From the NCBI RefSeq assembly GCF_009914755.1, contig NC_060927.1: a stretch of DNA of 64,000 nt; one strand, given 5' to 3'. This DNA is from the human T2T-CHM13v2.0 reference genome, Homo sapiens. Under the pieces are notes generated by a model. The model searched no databases and was not told where the DNA came from. It saw only the letters and a program-made list of their open reading frames with translations. The translations under genes and the position numbers were made by a program. Of the stretch, positions 53,139 through 64,000 are shown in pieces (positions within the stretch are counted from its first letter, which is position 1; each line of letters opens with the position of its first letter).

Positions 53139-56116
53139 CACTAAATACTTTTAGCTCAGTACTTGGCACACAGTTGGCATTTCACCAATGCTTGCAACTT
53201 TGCCATCACCCCATTCTATACTTTAAAAAAAAGCTCGATGCCAAGTTACTGTTTGGAACCCTTCCCCGGTAGGAAGCCAATCTAAAAATATTACATGGAC
53301 AAAGAGACTAGAACATGTAAATTGAATTTTAAATAATGTAAGTCAGTCATCGTTCCTATCATGCAACTAACTGATGCACAGAGTTACAGTATCACTTCCT
53401 TCCTATCAAAGTGAGCATGGTCCCAACCCAGAGACCTTCAGAAAAAGAAATTCGAAGTAGAAATCTCAAATAAGTCATGTTCCAACCTACTCACTTCCTC
53501 AGTTGTTCCAGTCAGGCAAAATGCAGAACCGTTCTCCTAAACTCTTAGTTAATTCTAGATTTCTAGATTTAAAAAAGAAAAAAAAAAGAAATGGGAGAGT
53601 CTACAAAGAGAAAACCAGTGGTGTAATGGGGTCATGTAGTCAATTAAAAGCAAATAAAATAACCAGTTTGGTTATTTGAAATCAAATCAGTGAAAACACC
53701 AAGATATAAAACCAAAATAAAATATTAGCAATATCAACAGCCTGGGAGATCAAACCTCTTAATAAAGCAAGTAATATTTATATTTCAACTTGGGATTTAC
53801 TACTGCATGCGGAAGGTTCTTATTCATCACTCAAATGTGAAAAGCACAGGCTTTGGCCACTGGTTAATTATTGGATTGTCATAAACCACTTCATGCCTGG
53901 CTGTCTTTTTTCTAATAAGCTGACTTTGTTAGTACTTTTATTTTGTAACTGCAGCCACCTGACAAATGTCCTCTCATACCTGCTGTTTCACAACAGTCTA
54001 CTGAGAGAGGGAAAAAATTCCTCTATGGATAGAGACTTCAAATACCTTACCATCTGCTCCCAAGACATAGAGCTTTAAAACAGTAGGGGAGGAATACTGA
54101 ACTGCCATTCTGATACCATATTAGGTTAGTAAGAGCCCTTAAGGAAATATATAACTTTTAAAAAACATATATAACTTCCTTTAAACATATATGCAGAGTT
54201 AACAACCTTATCTTAGATGCATTTTCAGTGAATCCTGAGAGAAGCGCTCTCTTCAGGCTGATTAGTAGTTATTTCTGAGATCCTGTAATTATCAAGATGA
54301 CTAATTTAATGAGCACCATGACCAGTGTTCACATTCCTCATAGCCGGGTATGTGGCGAGGCTTGCCAAGAAAAAGAAAGGGGTGGTTTCACAGTCTCCTT
54401 ACAGATAACATGAAGATCAGGATTTTTTTGCTACTTCTATCTTAGTCATATTTCATGAGCCAAAATAAAAATGGTATTTTTCTGACCCCTCTGGGTTCTC
54501 ACAGCACTTCTGTCATCCAGCCATATCTGTGAGTACTCACTGTATGTCATGGTGTTGGCTGATCATGGTGTCAGTGACTCACCTCTCTGTGTGGCCACTC
54601 TTCAAGACTAGGAATCCCTTGAGAGCTGAGACAAGAGCTTGTTTATTGATAAGTCTCTTATCCCTGACATAACATCTGGCACATTTTTGGTTCTATTCAG
54701 GAAGTGTTTGTTGAGTTAGCTTACCCATGGCTCTGCTGGTATGGGGAAGCCCATGCAAGTTGAGGGCAATGCTACCAAACTGTGAAATCCTGAAGGATGC
54801 AAGCCATATTTCTCTTCTGTGTATCACCAATGCCTAGCACATAGTAGCTGCTAAATGAATGTTTGTGGAAAGAAGGAAAGACTTCCACTAGGGAGTGAAA
54901 AGTCCATTTGATAATATAAAAATCCAACTTCAACCAAATATGTTGTGGATCTAAATTAAGAGCCAACAAGCTTTTTCTGTCAAGGGCCAGTTAGAAAGTA
55001 TTTTAAGGACTGCTGGCAAGAAGGCCGAATAGGAACAGCTCCAGTATGCGGCTCCCAGCGAGATTGATGCAGAAGGTGGGTGATTCCTGCATTTCCAACT
55101 GAGGTACCTAGTTTATCTCTTTGGGACTGGTTGGACAGTGGGTGCAGCCCAAGGAGGGAGAGCTGAAGCAGGGTGGGGCATCACCTCACCCAGGAAGCAC
55201 AAGGGGTTGGGAACTCCCTCTCCCAGCCAAGGGAAGCCATTAGGGACAGTACTGTGCACTCCAGCCAAGATAACTGGGCTTTTCCCATGGTTTTCTCAAC
55301 TCACAGACCAGGAGATCCCCTCCAGTGCCTACACCACCAGGGCCCTGGGTTTCCAGCACAAAACTGGGCAGCCTTTTGGGTAGACACCGAACTAGCTGCA
55401 GGAGCTTGGTGGGGGGAGGGGTGTCCGCCATTGCTGAGGCTTTAGTTCGCGGTTTTCCCCTCACAGTGTAAATAAAGCTGCAGGGAAGTTTGAACTGGGT
55501 GGAGCCCATGGCAGCTCAGCAAGGCTGCTGGGGCCAGACTGCCAGATTTCTCCTCTCTGGGCAGGGCATCTCTGAAAAAAAGGCAGCAGCCCGAGTCAGG
55601 GACTTACAGATAAAATTCCTATCTCCCTGGGACAGAGCACCAGGGGGAAGGGGCAGCTGTGGGTGCAGCTTCAGCACACTTAAACGTCCTTGCCTGACGG
55701 CTCTGAAGAGAACAGCAGACCTCCCAGCATAGTGTTCGAGCTCTGCTAAGGGTCAGACTGCCTCCTGAAGTGGGCCCCTGAAGCCCGTGTATCATGACTG
55801 GAAGACACCTCCCAGTAGGGGCTGACAGACACCTCATACAGGAGAGCTCTGGCTGGCATCTGAGAGGTGCCCCTCTGGGAGGAAGCTTCCAGAGGAAAGA
55901 ACAGGCAGCAATCTTTGTTGTTCTGCAGCCTCTGCTGGTGATACCCAGGCAAATAGGGTCTGGAGTGGACCTCCAGCAAACTCCAGCAGACCTGCAGCAG
56001 AGAGGCCTGACAGTTAGAAGGAAAACTAACAAACAGAAAGGAAGAGCACATCCACTCAGAGACCCCCACCCAAAGGTCACCAACATCAAAGACCAAAGGT
56101 AGATAAATCCACAAAG

Positions 56117-57139
56117 ACGGGGAGAAACCAGCTCAAAAAGGCTGAAAATTCCAAAAACCAGAACGCCTCTTCTCCTCCAAAGGATCACAACTCCTCACCA
56201 GCAAGGGAACAAAACTGCATGGAGAATGAGTTTGATGAATTGACAGAAGTAGGATTCAGAAGGTGGGTAGCAACAAACTCCTCCAAGCTAAAGGAGCATG
56301 TTCTAACCCAATGCAAGGAAGGTAAGAACCTTGAAAAAAGGTTAGACAAATTGCTAACCAGAATAACCATTTAGAGAAGAACATAAATGACCTAATGGAG
56401 CTGAAAAACACAGCACGAGAACTTGTGAAGCATACACAAGTAACAATAGCTGAATTGATCAAGCAGAAAAAAGGATATCAGAGATTGAAGATCAACTTAA
56501 TGAAATAAAGTGAAAAGACAAGATTAGAGAAAAAAGAATAAAAGGAACAAACAAAGCCTCCAAGAAATATGGGACTATGTGAAAAGACCAAATCTACATT
56601 TGATTGGTGTACCTGAAAGTGATGGGGAGAATGGAACCAAGTTGGAAAACACTCTTCAGGATATTATCCAGGAGAACTTCCCCAACCTAGCAAGGCAGGC
56701 CAACATTCAAATTCAGGAAATACAGAGAACACCTCAAAGATACTCCTTGAGAAGAGCAACGCCAAGACACATAATCATCAGATTCACCAAGGGTGAAATG
56801 AAGGAAAACATGTTAAGGGCAGCCAGAGAAAAAGGTTGAGCTACCCACAAAGGGAAGCCCATCAGGCTAACAGTGGATCTCTCTGCAGAAACCCTACAAG
56901 CCAGAAAAGAGTGGGGGCTAACATTCAACATTCTTAAAGAAAAGAATTTTCAACCCAGAATTTCATAACCAGCCAAATTAAGCTTCATAAGCAAAGGAAA
57001 AATAAAATCCTTTACAGACAACCAAATGCTGAGAGATTTTGTCACCACCAGGCCTGCCTTACAAGAGCTCCTGAAGGAAGCACTAAATATGGAAAGAAGC
57101 AACCAGTACCAGCCACTGCAAAAACATACCAAATTGTAA
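56117..57139 (+). pseudogene. L1 ORF1 (disrupted)
   Basis: Start codon mutated to ACG (ACGGGGAGAAAC); peptide KRPNLHLIGVPESDGENGTKLENTLQDIIQENFPNLARQ; frameshifts and stops. Confidence 0.9.
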
Positions 57140-57202
57140 AGACCATCGGCACTATGAAGAAACTGCATCAACTAATGGGCAAAATAACCAGCTAGCATCA
57201 TA

Positions 57203-61030
<3,828 letters not shown>

Positions 61031-61310
61031 ACAATGAGAACACATGGACACAGGGAGGGGAACATAACACACTGGGGCCTGTCAGGGGGTGGGGGCAGGG
61101 CGAGGGATAGCATTAGGAGAAATACCTAATGTAGGTGATGGGTTGATGGGTGCAGGAAACTACCATGGCATGTGTATACCTATGTAAGAAAACTGCACGT
61201 TCTGTACGTGTACCCCAGAACTTAAAGTATAATTTAAAAAAAAGAAAATATTTTAAGCTCATGGGCTCTATGGTGTCTGCTGGAATTGCTCACTTTTGTG
61301 GTTGCAGCAT

Positions 61311-61787
61311 TGTGACAGTTAATACTGAGTGTCAACTTGATTGGATTGAAGGATACCAAGTATTGATCCTGGGTGTCTGTGAGGGTGTTATCAAAAGAGA
61401 TTAACATTTGAGTCAGGGACTGGAGAAGGCAGATCCACCCTTAATCTGGGTGGGCACAATCTAATCAGCTGCCAGTGTGGCAGAATATAAGCAGGCAGAA
61501 AAATGTGAAAAGAGAGACTGGCCTAGTCTCCCAGTCTACATCTTTCTCCCATGCTCGATGCTTCCTGCCCTCGAACATCAGACTCCAAGTTCTTCAATTT
61601 TGGAACTCAGACTGGCTCTCCTTCCTCCTCAGCCTGCAGACAGCCTATTGCATGATCTTGTGATTGTGTGAGTTAATACTTAGTAAACTCATATATATAT
61701 ATATAGAAATATATACACACACATATATATATATATACACGCATTCCATTAGTTCTGTCCCTAGTCTAGAGAACACTGACTAATACA
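61311..61787 (+). mobile_element. MLT2A1 (HERV-L) solo LTR with an internal (TA/CA)n tract
   Basis: TGTGACAGTTAATACTGAGTGTCAACTTGATTGGATTGAAGG...GACTAATACA; lacks the A2 block; TSD AGCAT at 61306-61310 and 61788-61792. Confidence 0.92.
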
Positions 61788-61914
61788 AGCATGAAATCTA
61801 TCGCAGATAACAGGTAAGTGAATGACTGACTGTGTTCCAATAGAACTTTACAAAATCAAGTCATTGGCTAGATTTTCTTGCCAGCCATAATTTTCTGACT
61901 CCTGATATAAATAA

Positions 61915-63140
61915 AAAAGGCAAAGGCTTTTAGAAGATAATAAACTTCATGCATAATCTTGGCATAAAGAAGGAGTGTTTTAAATAAAATACAAAAAGCA
62001 GTTGCCATTCAGGAAAATAATTTGTAAGTGGACTATATTAGAATTAAGAACACTAGCATACTGAATAGCCATGAAATGAGCAAACTGTAGCTACTGATAT
62101 GATGTGAATAAGCCTAATATGGTTATAGCATAAAGGTGAACAAAAGAGGCAGCACACAAATGTACACACACACACACACACACACACAAATCAAGAAAAT
62201 AAAAAGACAAGCCATAGGGTAGAAAAGGAATGTGTCATTTATATAACAAGCAAAGACCATCTACCTATAATACATATTTTTTAAAACCCTGTACTATATA
62301 TCAATAAGGAAAGACAATAAGGAAAAGACAAGCCCAAAAGAAAAATAGAAAATGATAAGAACAAACATTTCACCCAAAAGTTATGTCCAAATGGCTGATA
62401 AACATGAAAATATGACTAACTTCATTAGTAATCAGAAAAATACAAATAAAAATCACAATGATGTACCACTGCATACCCAACAGAATGATAAAAGTTAAAG
62501 ACTAATAATACCAAGTATTGGTGAAGATGTCAACAAACAGAACTCTGTTGTGCTCCTCTAGGAAAGAGAATGGGTGCCACCCTTTTGAAAAATAGTTTAT
62601 CACTCTATATTCATGCTGAACATACTCTCCTAGGTGATAACTAAGAAAAACGCACGTCCAGGTGCAACAAATACATATTTTTAAATGTGCATACAGCATT
62701 ATTTTCTGGAAACAACTGGAAGCAACCCACGTTCATCAGCAGTGGAATGAATAAATATTCGTACAAAGGAACTTTCTCCAGCAATGGCAAACAAACCACA
62801 GCTGCACTCACAATATATATAGAGTTCACAAACCTAACATTGACAGGAAGAAAAATTTAAAACCCAGACACAAATCAATACAGGCATTATTATTCAATGT
62901 ACATAAAGTTCAAAAACAGATAAAACATAGACAATGGTTATCAGACAAGTTGGTCCCACGGTCAGTTTGAGGGAGTGGAGAGAGATTATGACTGAGGCAG
63001 TCATGCTTTGGCTCTGCATTTCTGGCCATTTGTTTCTTGACGTGTGACTACAAAGGGATTTGCTTAATTGAAATTTAATCAGCTGTATATTTACATATGT
63101 GCACTTTTCTGTATTTGGTGATGTTTCATAATTTTTTAAA
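61915..63140 (+). mobile_element. Old L1ME-type 3' region with (CA)n at about 62164-62188
   Basis: TTCATTAGTAATCAGAAAAATACAAATAAAAATCACAATG; AAACAACTGGAAGCAACCCACG; GTGCACTTTTCTGTAT. Confidence 0.7.
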
Positions 63141-63274
63141 AGGCTTTATGTTACCTGGAGCCTGCCACAGGGACCTGCCACTGTGAAATGAGATGTTTAA
63201 ATAAAAATACCAGCTTCAGCAGAGCTCCTTTCTTTTCATTGATGCCACTGCATTATAAAGTACATGTCAGATCA

Positions 63275-63713
63275 GTTATGGTGAAAGTGGCATAACATGA
63301 CTTCCAAGGCTAGGTCATAAAAGGCCTCCCAGCTTCTGTACGGCTCCTTTGCCATGCTCATCCTCAGGATGCTCCCTGTTGGAACACAGCCACCATGCTG
63401 TGAGAAGCTCCAGCCACACTGAGGCCAATAGGTCCTCCAGTTGAGAGCCCCAGCTGAGCCCAAACTTGTCATCATCCCAACCAGGAACCAGCCACGTGAG
63501 TGAACAAACCTGCAATAGATCTCCACCCCCAGCCATTGAAGTCTTCCCAGCTGTTTCCCCAGACATCCTGGAGCAGAGACAAGCTACCCTCTTACCCTCA
63601 ACCCATGCCCATAGAAGTTCCCAACCCACAGAAATCACAAGCACAATGAAATGGCTATTGTGTGGGGACATCAAGTTACTAATGTCTGTTTCACAACAAT
63701 AGCAATTGGGACA
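63275..63713 (+). mobile_element. MLT1G/H-type LTR
   Basis: GACTTCCAAGGCTAGGTCATAAAAGG...CAGCCACCATGCTGTGAGAAGC...GGAGCAGAGACAAGC. Confidence 0.75.
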
Positions 63714-63897
63714 AGTCACCATAACTCCATTACTTCCAGTTGTTGTAAGGACTTCATGAAGATAGGCATTTTATTCACATTTTCTGTAGGGCATAGGTAA
63801 GGCTCAGAGTATGAGGTGAATTGCCTCGTGTTGTACAGTGGAGCCTGGATTTAAACCTGAATATGTCTGTCCTGACAGCCTGTGCTCTGCCTGTATG

Positions 63898-64000
63898 TGT
63901 TATAGACTGAATGTTTGAGTTCTTCCCAAATTCATATGTTGAAACCCTAACCCTCAATGTGATGGTATTAGGAGGTAAGAACTTTGGGAGGTAATTAGGT
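63898..64000 (+). mobile_element. MLT1A/B LTR 5' end (cut by window edge), preceded by a MIR fragment at about 63780-63890
   Basis: TGTTATAGACTGAATG...AAATTCATATGTTGAAACCCTAACCCTCAATGTGATGGTATTAGGAGGT. Confidence 0.8.

Noticed and set aside
55619-56188. 189-aa antisense ORF in the L1 5'UTR/ORF1 start
   Set aside because: A common antisense L1 frame; I cannot equate it with ORF0 or show expression.

Overview
This is 64 kb of primate non-coding DNA. An SVA insertion restricts the host to hominoids, and several SVA/L1 variants hint at a non-human ape, which I could not verify. I see no host protein-coding exon, RNA gene or prokaryote-type system. Every long ORF is explained by LINE-1, SVA or LTR sequence, or looks like a chance frame. 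The window is a stack of transposable elements: a full-length dead L1PA7-type LINE-1 (55008-61242), a young L1PA2-like LINE-1 with a twin-priming 5' inversion (16769-19741), a short SVA truncated at both ends, four Alus, many solo LTRs (THE1/MST/MLT1, MLT2A1/A2, LTR12, LTR32-, LTR33-, MER66-, MER76-like), five MER58A MITEs plus MER5/MER20, and abundant L2/MIR. The most interesting signals are mechanistic or regulatory. They include a base-resolved inversion-duplication L1, a prematurely polyadenylated SVA, a tailless Alu with TSDs, MER58A copies repeatedly hit by later insertions, and several short fold-back palindromes that look like template-switch mutations. There are also four perfect DUX4 motifs, a CpG-retaining CTCF-like site next to the young L1, and a TE-poor, homeobox-motif-rich block near 48-54 kb. 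I found no convincing novel biological system. Subfamily names come from recalled consensus features, not a database search.
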